Shown here piece by piece: positions 19,671-28,598 of a stretch of 64,000 nucleotides of DNA; positions within the stretch are counted from its first letter, which is position 1; every line of letters begins with the position of its first letter. The stretch lies in NCBI GenBank assembly GCA_965226795.1, contig CBDDDZ010000004.1:832001-896000 (forward strand), given 5' to 3'. The stretch is from Candidatus Latescibacterota bacterium. Its GTDB lineage: Bacteria; Latescibacterota; UBA2968; GCA-2709665. The notes beneath the pieces are model-generated. The model worked only from the letters and a program-made list of their open reading frames with translations, did not search any database and had not been told where the DNA came from. The position numbers were made by a program, and so were the translations under genes.

Positions 19671-20464
19671 GGTACGTCGATATCAATGCGTGGTTGGGTT
19701 CCTGGCCTTTTCGGGGTTTGCGGGACAATACACCTGAAACACTCATCCGTCGGCTGGACCGGGCCGGTATCGGGACGGCCGCCGTATCCCGGATCGAGGC
19801 GATATTGCACCGGAGCGTACAACCGGCTAACGAACGCCTGTCGGAGGACCTGGAGGGGTTTACCGACCGATTGATTGCCATGGCGACAATCAATGCGGCC
19901 GATCCGAACTGGGAGGGCGACCTGCGCCGGTGTCACGAAGACCTGGGAATGCGAGGCGCGCGGCTGTTCCCGCAATATCACGATTTCGCCGTGGACGGAC
20001 CCGAGGCCCGCAAGGTCGTTGCGGCATGCACCGAGCGGGGGCTTCCGGTGTTCATCCCGCATCGGATCGAGGACGTCCGGCAGAGGCACTGGATGGACCC
20101 CGGGCGGATGGTGGACCTCAATGGCGTGGCGAATCTGATTGCCGCGGCCTCCGGGGCGACAATCGTGATACCGAATGCGCGAGGGATTTCAAGTTCCGCC
20201 GTGTGGCAGCGAAAAGAGATTCGAGACCGGGAATGGTATTTCGACCTGTCCCTGGCGGAAGTACACTACTCCTTGAGTCGAAACGTTAATCAGATGGGCG
20301 ATCTGTCGGACTTTATCGAACAGGGCGGCGCGGACCACCTGGTGTTTGGCACGCACGCTCCGTTCTCCTATCCCTCGGCCGCGAGGGTCAAGTGCGCGGT
20401 GTTGCCCGTGAACGAGGAAACGCTGGAGGAAATCTGTTACAGACGAGCGGAACGGATGTTGTAA
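19667..20464 (+). CDS. Amidohydrolase-fold protein with degenerate metal motif
   Basis: ATGA overlap with the previous gene; MRYVDINAWLGSWPFR, GARLFPQYH, HLVFGTHAPF. Confidence 0.85.
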   Translation: MRYVDINAWLGSWPFRGLRDNTPETLIRRLDRAGIGTAAVSRIEAILHRSVQPANERLSEDLEGFTDRLIAMATINAADPNWEGDLRRCHEDLGMRGARLFPQYHDFAVDGPEARKVVAACTERGLPVFIPHRIEDVRQRHWMDPGRMVDLNGVANLIAAASGATIVIPNARGISSSAVWQRKEIRDREWYFDLSLAEVHYSLSRNVNQMGDLSDFIEQGGADHLVFGTHAPFSYPSAARVKCAVLPVNEETLEEICYRRAERML

Positions 20465-20494
20465 ACCATTTTATATTGTAGAGGGCGATGAAGC

Positions 20495-22909
20495 ATGGTC
20501 ACTGTCGATATGATAACCAGGCTGGAGGGTGCGTGCATACCCGCCGTGGAGACGCCAATGAGCCGGCGTTATCTGAGGATGGCGCAGAAGTGGCTTCCAA
20601 CCGCGCTGAGCTATTTTGAGGATTGGGGAGAACGCCCGCGTTGCGGGCATTTTTTCGGTGGGGTCCATTGGTACGGTATAGAGACGGCGGTCCCGCTGCA
20701 CGCCCTGGCCGCGGTGAGCACCTCGCCGGAGTACGATGAAAACACCACGGGATTGTCAATTGACAACCTCCGGGAGGTCGTCATCAAGGCGATCAGGTAC
20801 CTGTGTTTCACGCACGATACGGGCCCCGAGGAATGCCTGCGTCCGTCCACGGGGCTGGGAATGCCGAGGTCCTGGGGCACCAAGTGGGGGGAAAGGGGCC
20901 GGGGGTTTTTTCCGGAAAGCCAGTGCGGCGGGACCATTGCGAATATGACCGCAGCGGCGCTGATGTTGCAGCCGTACGTGGACCACGAAACCCGGATGAT
21001 GCTGGCGGAAATCTGCTTTGACTATCTCGAACGGTTTGGAGAAATGGCCCCAAAGAGCGGCGTCTACGCGGATACGCAAATGGAGGAGAACGCGTGGACG
21101 GCGCACGGCCTGGCGGCATGCTATCTGTTTCTGTCAGGACACGAGAAAGCGGAAGCGTGGGAAGCATGCGCCCGACGGTGGATGTTCTCGGCCTGCGCCG
21201 CCCCGCAGGACCGGTTCAACGAAGGGGCGCTGGAAACGGGGATGACGGCCGCAGCGCTGACCGGGAAGACGTTCACCACGCTACCGGACTACATGGCCGA
21301 GAACCACGGGATGGTCCACCCCGGTTACACCGCCTCCGGCGTGCAGTCGGTGGCCGGTCTTGGGTTGCTCTACCGCATGTACGGGCGGACCGAACCGCAG
21401 GAGGCCTACTGGAACCGTCAGCGGGTCTACGACGCGATCAAGCTGCTGACGGATGAGACGGGATCGGCGATGCCGACACAGGGGATGGACCGCCTTTATC
21501 TCGGGGAACAACACGCGTTGCACGCATCGGCCTATCTGTTTCTGAAGGATCCGGATGCCGGGTACTTCGAGGAGGTATCGCTGGCGCTCAGAGAGAAAAA
21601 GCAGGAAGGAAACGGAGGGCGGTTGATCGATCCCGAGGTTGCGGCCACGTGCCACGAGGTGGAAGATCCCATGTTGATCAAGGAGTCTGAGATGATCGGA
21701 GGGATCGTGAAACCCTACCTTCTGCACCGGTTGATGGATGGAGAGGCGCCGGCCCCGACACCCGAAGCGGAAATTGCAACCAAGTTCAACGGAGTCCGGC
21801 TTTTCCCGCATTCGGGATTCGTACATCATCGACACCAGAAGGGGCAGACGTCCTTTTCCTGGAGAAATTACATGATGGCGCTGCCGTTTACGCGCGACGG
21901 CGTACACACAGTGGGACCCAGCCGATGGAGTCTGCTGGCCAACGTCACGGTAAAGGAACGGCCGGGAAGCCACAATTTGCGCGTCATGTGGATCAATCGT
22001 AAAGACGACGGGTTTGCGGCGCTGATGGTGAACGACCGGGCCCAGGATACGATTCGCCAGCGCGTGCTGTGCTGCTCGCTTCCGGATGGACGCATGGTGT
22101 GCAGTGAACGACTCGAGGCGTTGCTGGATTGTGCGGTGGAGAGACTGGATCAGGGATTCATCAGAGTCGTCAATGAAAACTTCCCGCTGGTTGGCGGGGT
22201 GTGCGATGGAAAGCGTATTCTCTATCATCCGGACGGATCGGAGACGTTTCCCGGGTTTCCAAGCAATGACCCCGACGACGACGTCGTGTTTGATATGCAG
22301 GACCCGGGCTGGTTGAACGTGGACGATCAGCTGGGAATTGTGTTCCAGGGGACGGGCGGAACCCGCTATCTGAACCGTCACTATTTCCCGCCCTTCGCAT
22401 TCAGGGCGGTCGCCGACGATCTGTTCCTGAGCCTGGACGACACGGCGAAGGCATACCGCGCGGGCGAGCGGGTGGGCGCGCTCGCCTTGCTGATTTGTCC
22501 CGAGCAGTCGCACGAGGAAACGCCGGCCCAGTTCCTGACAATAGCCGAATCCTCGGAAGATACAGTCTGTCTGATTGTGGACGGATATCTGTGCGCCGGC
22601 AATTTCGGATCGAAGCGGAAGGTATGCGCGTTTGAGACCGGAGTCGGGAATCCGGTACCGGTTTTTGGAAGCACAACGCGCGTTACAGGACAGCGCGTCG
22701 AGTATGCCATGCCCATCGAGGGCGGAGAGGCCGTCTACGCGAGGGAAGTGATGAAGGTCCGGACCGATGGGGATATTCGGATCGAAGCGGTCCCTGCCGG
22801 CGGCGCGTATATCACCAATGAAGCGGGACGAAGCGTGGAGGCGAGTGTTCTGAAAGACGGGAGAGTACGGATCTTGCAGATCGAAGCGGAACAGGTGGTG
22901 CGCATTTGA
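20495..22909 (+). CDS. Hypothetical 804 aa protein (paralogue 1), possibly polysaccharide-lyase-like
   Basis: Shares HFFGGxHWYG, DTQMEENAWT, ENHGMVHPxY and GQTSFSWRN with 28599-31013. Confidence 0.85.
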   Translation: MVTVDMITRLEGACIPAVETPMSRRYLRMAQKWLPTALSYFEDWGERPRCGHFFGGVHWYGIETAVPLHALAAVSTSPEYDENTTGLSIDNLREVVIKAIRYLCFTHDTGPEECLRPSTGLGMPRSWGTKWGERGRGFFPESQCGGTIANMTAAALMLQPYVDHETRMMLAEICFDYLERFGEMAPKSGVYADTQMEENAWTAHGLAACYLFLSGHEKAEAWEACARRWMFSACAAPQDRFNEGALETGMTAAALTGKTFTTLPDYMAENHGMVHPGYTASGVQSVAGLGLLYRMYGRTEPQEAYWNRQRVYDAIKLLTDETGSAMPTQGMDRLYLGEQHALHASAYLFLKDPDAGYFEEVSLALREKKQEGNGGRLIDPEVAATCHEVEDPMLIKESEMIGGIVKPYLLHRLMDGEAPAPTPEAEIATKFNGVRLFPHSGFVHHRHQKGQTSFSWRNYMMALPFTRDGVHTVGPSRWSLLANVTVKERPGSHNLRVMWINRKDDGFAALMVNDRAQDTIRQRVLCCSLPDGRMVCSERLEALLDCAVERLDQGFIRVVNENFPLVGGVCDGKRILYHPDGSETFPGFPSNDPDDDVVFDMQDPGWLNVDDQLGIVFQGTGGTRYLNRHYFPPFAFRAVADDLFLSLDDTAKAYRAGERVGALALLICPEQSHEETPAQFLTIAESSEDTVCLIVDGYLCAGNFGSKRKVCAFETGVGNPVPVFGSTTRVTGQRVEYAMPIEGGEAVYAREVMKVRTDGDIRIEAVPAGGAYITNEAGRSVEASVLKDGRVRILQIEAEQVVRI

Positions 22910-22980
22910 CGTCAGGGATGGAATACCGGCAAGATGGTCGATGGTCCGTACCCACGGGTAAATGAATGGGAAATTGTAAA

Positions 22981-24369
22981 ATGCGGCTGGCGATCTGCGG
23001 AATCAGGCATGAAACGAACACATTCTCGGCATTACGGGCTGGAATCGAGGATTTTCACGTCTTGCGCGGGAACGAGATTCTGGCTGATGGACCCTGGCAG
23101 GCGTTTGACAACGTTGAATGGGCGCCGACGCTGGTTGCCAGGGCGCAGCCCCATGGGCTCGTTCTCCGGGACACGTACGAGTCGATGGCGGCCGAGTTGG
23201 TGGATCGTTTGCGTCGGGCATTGCCGGTGGACGGCGTGTACCTGGATTTGCACGGCGCAATGGAGGTGGAAGGCCTGGGCGACGGGGAACGCGACCTGGT
23301 TTGTCGGGTCCGTGGGACGGTCGGTGACGAAATTCCGATTGTCGCCAGTCTGGACCTGCACGCCAATCTTGCGCCTGAGGTCCTGGAAAAGACCAATGTG
23401 CTGACGGCGCTGAGGACCGCGCCCCACGTGGACCGGACCGAGACGCAAAGGCGGGCAATTGGACATCTCATCCGCTGTGTGAAAGAAAATATCCGGCCGG
23501 TGAATGCCATTGTAAGGCTGCCCATGCTGCTGCCTGGGGAACACGCGGCCACGGGGGTGGAGCCGGCGCGGTCCCTGTACACAGGACTTCAGGAGGTGGA
23601 ATCGCGTCCCGACGTTATCGACGCGTCGATTATGATCGGGTGCGCATGGACGGATTCGCCTTTTACGTCCGTCGCCACGATTGTGGTCTCGGAAAATCGT
23701 ACGGCAGCCGGGGAACACGCGGAACGCATGGCCGAGGAAATCTGGCGACAGCGTGAGCGATTTGCGCCGGATGCGCCGACGATGCCGGTCGAGGAAGCCG
23801 TGAGGAGTGCCGTCCGAGAGACCCGGCACCCCGTGTTTGTTTCCGACTCGGGAGATAACGTCACGGCCGGGGCGGCTGGTGACATTCCCCTGGTATTGAA
23901 AACATTGATTGAAGCAGGCGCCAGAGATGCGGTAGTCGCCGGAATTGCCGATCACGAGGCCGTGGCGCGATGTCTTGAAGCAGGTATCGGCGCTGAGTTG
24001 GCACTGGCCGTGGGTGGCAAACTCGACAGGGTCAACGGATTTCCTCTGGAGGTAACCGGCCGGGTGGTCTCGATGAATCCGCCGCGGATTGTCGTGTTCC
24101 AGGTGGGAGGCGTAAGGGTGGTTCTAACGGCCGACCGCATGCCGTTTTTGGATCTCCGGGCCTTTGAAATGGCGAACGTGAATCCCTCGGAACACGAGAT
24201 CGTGGTTGTGAAACATGGATATCTCGCGCCGGAACTGCGGGATATAGCCGGGACGGCGCTGATGGCGATCAGCCCGGGGTGTACGGCCCTGGCGCTGGAG
24301 ACGTTGCCCTATGAACGGATCCGGCGGCCTGTGTTTCCACTGGACGAGGACGTCGTATTCCGGACGTGA
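22981..24369 (+). CDS. M81 family (MlrC-like) metallopeptidase/deacylase
   Basis: HETNTFS, YLDLHGAM, SLDLHAN, RTAPHVD, DSGDNVTAG, VVVKHGY. Confidence 0.9.
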   Translation: MRLAICGIRHETNTFSALRAGIEDFHVLRGNEILADGPWQAFDNVEWAPTLVARAQPHGLVLRDTYESMAAELVDRLRRALPVDGVYLDLHGAMEVEGLGDGERDLVCRVRGTVGDEIPIVASLDLHANLAPEVLEKTNVLTALRTAPHVDRTETQRRAIGHLIRCVKENIRPVNAIVRLPMLLPGEHAATGVEPARSLYTGLQEVESRPDVIDASIMIGCAWTDSPFTSVATIVVSENRTAAGEHAERMAEEIWRQRERFAPDAPTMPVEEAVRSAVRETRHPVFVSDSGDNVTAGAAGDIPLVLKTLIEAGARDAVVAGIADHEAVARCLEAGIGAELALAVGGKLDRVNGFPLEVTGRVVSMNPPRIVVFQVGGVRVVLTADRMPFLDLRAFEMANVNPSEHEIVVVKHGYLAPELRDIAGTALMAISPGCTALALETLPYERIRRPVFPLDEDVVFRT

Positions 24370-27086
24370 TGGAGCGGACGATCATGTTGATTTGTATGGT
24401 GGTAACCCTGTTTCTTCTGCTGTTTCTGATGCCGGACCGGCTTAACGCGGAACCGGTGTTTCGGCCTCAGGTCGACCAGGGTCACGTTGCGGGCCTTGAG
24501 GAAAACCTGGCGTCCGTAATAGCGCTGTCCGAAGAAGAACTGGTACGACTGATTCCGAACCGGTCCGGTTTTCGGTTTGTGGACTGTCCGAATTGCGAGG
24601 GAGGAGCGGAGGAGAATCAACTGTCGTGGTCGATCGAGGAACCCCACCGGGTTTTCTGCCAGTTCTGCAACATGCGGTTTCCAAACGAGATATACCCGGA
24701 AAACGGGGTACTTCGGGTGGCCAATCCGCGTGGCGAGGTCCAGGAGTATCCGTACTGGGAGGCGCCGTTCCCGCCGCCGGCGCAGTTGCCGGGACCGCTT
24801 TCTCATATCGAGCCCGACAAGAAGTACCGGCACTATTTCCGGGCAAAGGGATGGTACGTCGCCCGGATGTATTTTTCGGACGCGGCTTATCAACTCGGGA
24901 AGCTCTATTATCTCACGGGAAGACCGACATTCGCCCGCAGAGCGGCGCTGATTCTGGATCGCTTTGCTCAGGTTTATCCGGGGTATTGCGCCCGGTTCGA
25001 CGCGCCCTTCCGGACCAAGGTGGTATTCGAGGGAGACCACACGTTTCCCTATCCGGTGTCTCCGTATCTGGCGGCAAAGTGGGATTACTGGGCGTATGGG
25101 GATATACCGTCGAACTTGATCCTCGCCTACGACCTGATTCGGGAAAGTGGCCAGATAGACGACGAGATGCAACGGCGGATTGAGGATGATCTGATTCGCG
25201 GTAGTGTCGGGTTCGTACGGTCGTATCCGATTACACTCAGCAATATGGACCCGGCGATCCTTCGGGGACTGATTTCGGCGGGGCGGGTCCTTGCCGAGCC
25301 GGCGTACGTGCACGAATCGGTACAATGGATTGGCGATCTGATCCGGAAGCAGTTTTTCGTGGATGGAATGTGGCGGGAAGGGGCCGTCTCCTATCATAAT
25401 CAGACGGTGGAAGGCCTGGTGTCCGTCATGGACCTGTTGAAGGGATACAGTGATCCAAAGGGTTACTCAAATCCTGAAAGCGGCGCGCGTTACGACAACC
25501 TGGATCTCCTGGACAGCTTCCCGTTTTTTGAAAGGGCCAGACGGATTCCGGATCTCTTGCGATATCCGAACGGGCGCCTTGTCGCGGTGCACGATACGTG
25601 GGCCTGGCAGGAAAGGGCGCCAACGACGGAGACCGCTCCACATCTGCTGGCCGGCGTCGGACATGCCTGGCTGGGGCGGGGCAACGGCGCGTATCAGATG
25701 CAGGCGCACCTGCATTTTTCGGGCGCTTACGGACACGCCCATGCCGATTTGTTGAGCATTTCCCTGTTTTCACACGGGCAGGAGCGTCTGTCAGATATCG
25801 GCTATACCTGGACCCACCAGCGGCAGTGGGCGTCGAGTACGCTATCGCACAGCACCGTGGTCGTGAATGGCGAGGATCAGGCGCGGGGCAATGAAAACGA
25901 CCCTTCCGATGGCAACTTGCTGCTGTTTGTGCCGGGAAACAGTTGGTTTCAGGCGGTGGCTGCACAGGGCGATCGGGCGTATCCCGGGGTCGTAAGGGAT
26001 TACAGACGACTGCTGGTGATGATCGGCGTCTCGGCGCAGGATGCGTACGTGGTGGATGTGTTTCGTGTTGACGGGGGAGCGCGGCACGACTACGTGCTGG
26101 TGGGAGATGCGAATAACGATGGGTCTATCGAGACGGATCTGGATCGGTCGACCTATGGTGAGACACTGCTGCCGCCCGACGTGGAGGTCGTGTTTCCCAG
26201 CGGCGAGACCGTGCCGGGTTACGCGGAGGGACACAATTTCGTCTACGGTTACGTGCGGGACGTGAGCCGGGCTGAAGTCTCCGCGCCGTGGAACGTGGTC
26301 TTCACCAGCGAGGGCGAGCCGAAGGGTCGTATCCGTACCCACGGGGTCTCAGAGCCGGATGGGGAACTGCTCTTCGGGAGCATGCCGTCCGTTCGGCGTG
26401 CGGAAGAGAGCGAAGGCAGACTTGATGATTGCACCATGCCGGCATTGATCCATCGGCGGGAGGGGAAGGATCTCTCCAGTGTATTCGTGAATGTGCTGGA
26501 ACCGTATGGCGAAGCGCCTTTTATCCGCTCGGTGACGCGGCTGGGCAAAGATTCCGACGGCCTGGCGCTGAAAATTACAGGAGAGGATTATACGGACTAT
26601 CTGTTCTGTAACCCGGACGGTAAACGGATGGTTGTGGGAGACATGGCGCTGGATGGCCGGATCGGGTTTGTGCGTGAGCGCGACGGTGCCGTGGAGAGGA
26701 TGACCCTGGTGGGCGGGAGGCTGCTGCAAAAGGGAAACGTACACCTGTCGGGAGCGGGTATCATCAGGGGTACTGTCCTTGGCGTGTTGCGGAAGGAAAG
26801 TGGCGCCGATATGGACGGTCTGGTGGTGGACGGCAGCGTTCCCGAAGGCGATAGAATGAAGGGATTGACGGTTGTGGTTAAAGACGGTGCAGGGTTTACG
26901 CTGGGGCTCCGGTTGTCGGATGTCGTAAGACGGGACGGACGGACGGTGCTGGTGCTGGCGGACGATCCTGGATTCGAAATGGATCCGGATGGGACGAGCC
27001 GGCAAGTTTATTTCCCCCGGCGGTCCTGGGACGGAGAGAATCGATTTGAGATTATGGATGTGAGACACAGAATCGGATCGAAGTGA
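24369..27086 (+). CDS. Secreted heparinase II/III-family protein
   Basis: N-terminal signal peptide; DGMWREGAVSYH, GHAHADLLSI, DIGY, STLSHSTVVVNG; N-terminal CPNC/CQFC pair. Confidence 0.85.
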   Translation: MERTIMLICMVVTLFLLLFLMPDRLNAEPVFRPQVDQGHVAGLEENLASVIALSEEELVRLIPNRSGFRFVDCPNCEGGAEENQLSWSIEEPHRVFCQFCNMRFPNEIYPENGVLRVANPRGEVQEYPYWEAPFPPPAQLPGPLSHIEPDKKYRHYFRAKGWYVARMYFSDAAYQLGKLYYLTGRPTFARRAALILDRFAQVYPGYCARFDAPFRTKVVFEGDHTFPYPVSPYLAAKWDYWAYGDIPSNLILAYDLIRESGQIDDEMQRRIEDDLIRGSVGFVRSYPITLSNMDPAILRGLISAGRVLAEPAYVHESVQWIGDLIRKQFFVDGMWREGAVSYHNQTVEGLVSVMDLLKGYSDPKGYSNPESGARYDNLDLLDSFPFFERARRIPDLLRYPNGRLVAVHDTWAWQERAPTTETAPHLLAGVGHAWLGRGNGAYQMQAHLHFSGAYGHAHADLLSISLFSHGQERLSDIGYTWTHQRQWASSTLSHSTVVVNGEDQARGNENDPSDGNLLLFVPGNSWFQAVAAQGDRAYPGVVRDYRRLLVMIGVSAQDAYVVDVFRVDGGARHDYVLVGDANNDGSIETDLDRSTYGETLLPPDVEVVFPSGETVPGYAEGHNFVYGYVRDVSRAEVSAPWNVVFTSEGEPKGRIRTHGVSEPDGELLFGSMPSVRRAEESEGRLDDCTMPALIHRREGKDLSSVFVNVLEPYGEAPFIRSVTRLGKDSDGLALKITGEDYTDYLFCNPDGKRMVVGDMALDGRIGFVRERDGAVERMTLVGGRLLQKGNVHLSGAGIIRGTVLGVLRKESGADMDGLVVDGSVPEGDRMKGLTVVVKDGAGFTLGLRLSDVVRRDGRTVLVLADDPGFEMDPDGTSRQVYFPRRSWDGENRFEIMDVRHRIGSK

Positions 27087-27234
27087 AAAAAAAAATCGAC
27101 CTGAACCGAACCTGGATTCGTCAAAGGTTGTCGAATGGACTTCGACCCGGGCAGGACGTTTTTTCAGTTAGAAACGCGATGGTGGACGAATTCATCTCAG
27201 GGAGTTCCTACCGGAGGTTTTAAAGGTCTTTGTA

Positions 27235-28509
27235 ATGGGCGCATTCGAAATAGACGTGACTCGGAACATCCATATTTCCGCACCCACGGGTGCCGCAGTG
27301 TACGCGACGCCGACGTACGCGCGGGCATTCGGTGTGAAAATGATCGAGGACGTGCAGTATGCGGCAATGCACGTCAAACCCGATGGGGCGCCGCATTATT
27401 ATGCAAAGCGGATTTACAGGAGACGTTCCCCGGATAACGGACAGACGTGGACCGACGCCGAGGAACTGCATCGGGCCGATCCTGATGACGTTTCGGAGGT
27501 ACAGCGTCACGACCTGGCGACAATTCTGAATCCGGCTGATGATATCCTGATTTATCTGTATATGACTCACGAAGTGGACCTCAACGAGGGTCCGTTTACG
27601 AGGGGAAACCGGATCCAGCGGACACAGCGGACCTATTACCGGTTGTCGCACGATGGCGGTTGCACGTGGACGGGCGCACGGCAGGTAATAGACGGACGGG
27701 AGCCGTATGACGAAACGAACTGGGCGCCCGGTGTGGTATACGGAGTGCAGGGGGCCCGCTCGAGCGGACAGTGGGTGTTTTTGCCGGATGGGACTCCGGT
27801 CATCGGGTTCGACGTCATGCAACCCGAGCAACCACCCGGTTTTCCGCCGGGGATATCGAGTTACTACATCAACACAATCTACGCACAGGCCCGTCTGGCC
27901 GCGGACAGACAGACGCTCAACTGGCGGTTCGGGGACACGATTGAGGTGGTGTACCCCAAATCGATGGTCGGATGTTGCGAAGCGGCGCTGGCCTGGTTGG
28001 GCGGCGAACGGCTGTTCAATACGATGCGGTGCCAGGGAAACGCGGCGCACGGCATTCATTCCATTCGATATACGACGATTTCTGAAGATGGAGGGATAAA
28101 CTGGACGGATCCTGCACCGCTGGTCTACGAGGACGGCGGAACGGTCTGGACGCCGGCGTCACCCCATCGGTTCTTCCTGTCGTCGAAGACCGGAAGAACA
28201 TACGTTCTGGCCAATATCCTCCCGGGTCCGGTTCACGGGCAGACCCCGAGGTATCCGTTGTCGATCGCCGAATTTGATACGGATCGCCTGTGCGTGTTGA
28301 GGGATACGGTACAGGTAATTCAAGATCTGCCCGAAGGCGCGCCAGAGTCCAGGCGATACACGAATTTCTCAATGTATGAAGAGCGGGGTTCCGGCGACCT
28401 GATCTTGCAGATGCCGGAGCAACCGAAAGACGTGGAATTTGAAGCGATGACCAAACCCGAGGATTTTACAGCGGACTGTATTCGGTTTCGCATTGAAATC
28501 AGCGGATAA
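27235..28509 (+). CDS. Sialidase-fold (BNR/Asp-box) protein
   Basis: Asp-boxes SPDNGQTW, SHDGGCTW, SEDGGINW. Confidence 0.8.
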   Translation: MGAFEIDVTRNIHISAPTGAAVYATPTYARAFGVKMIEDVQYAAMHVKPDGAPHYYAKRIYRRRSPDNGQTWTDAEELHRADPDDVSEVQRHDLATILNPADDILIYLYMTHEVDLNEGPFTRGNRIQRTQRTYYRLSHDGGCTWTGARQVIDGREPYDETNWAPGVVYGVQGARSSGQWVFLPDGTPVIGFDVMQPEQPPGFPPGISSYYINTIYAQARLAADRQTLNWRFGDTIEVVYPKSMVGCCEAALAWLGGERLFNTMRCQGNAAHGIHSIRYTTISEDGGINWTDPAPLVYEDGGTVWTPASPHRFFLSSKTGRTYVLANILPGPVHGQTPRYPLSIAEFDTDRLCVLRDTVQVIQDLPEGAPESRRYTNFSMYEERGSGDLILQMPEQPKDVEFEAMTKPEDFTADCIRFRIEISG

Positions 28510-28598
28510 CGCAGACCCTTGGGAGCAACCCCGAGGTGTCGACCGCCCACCAACGTGCGGCGCACCGCGGGTTCCGTGCAGTGACGGGGGAATACACA

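Noticed and set aside
27086..27095. A10 homopolymer as a phase-variation tract
   Set aside because: It lies just after a stop codon in intergenic sequence, with no clear promoter geometry affected.
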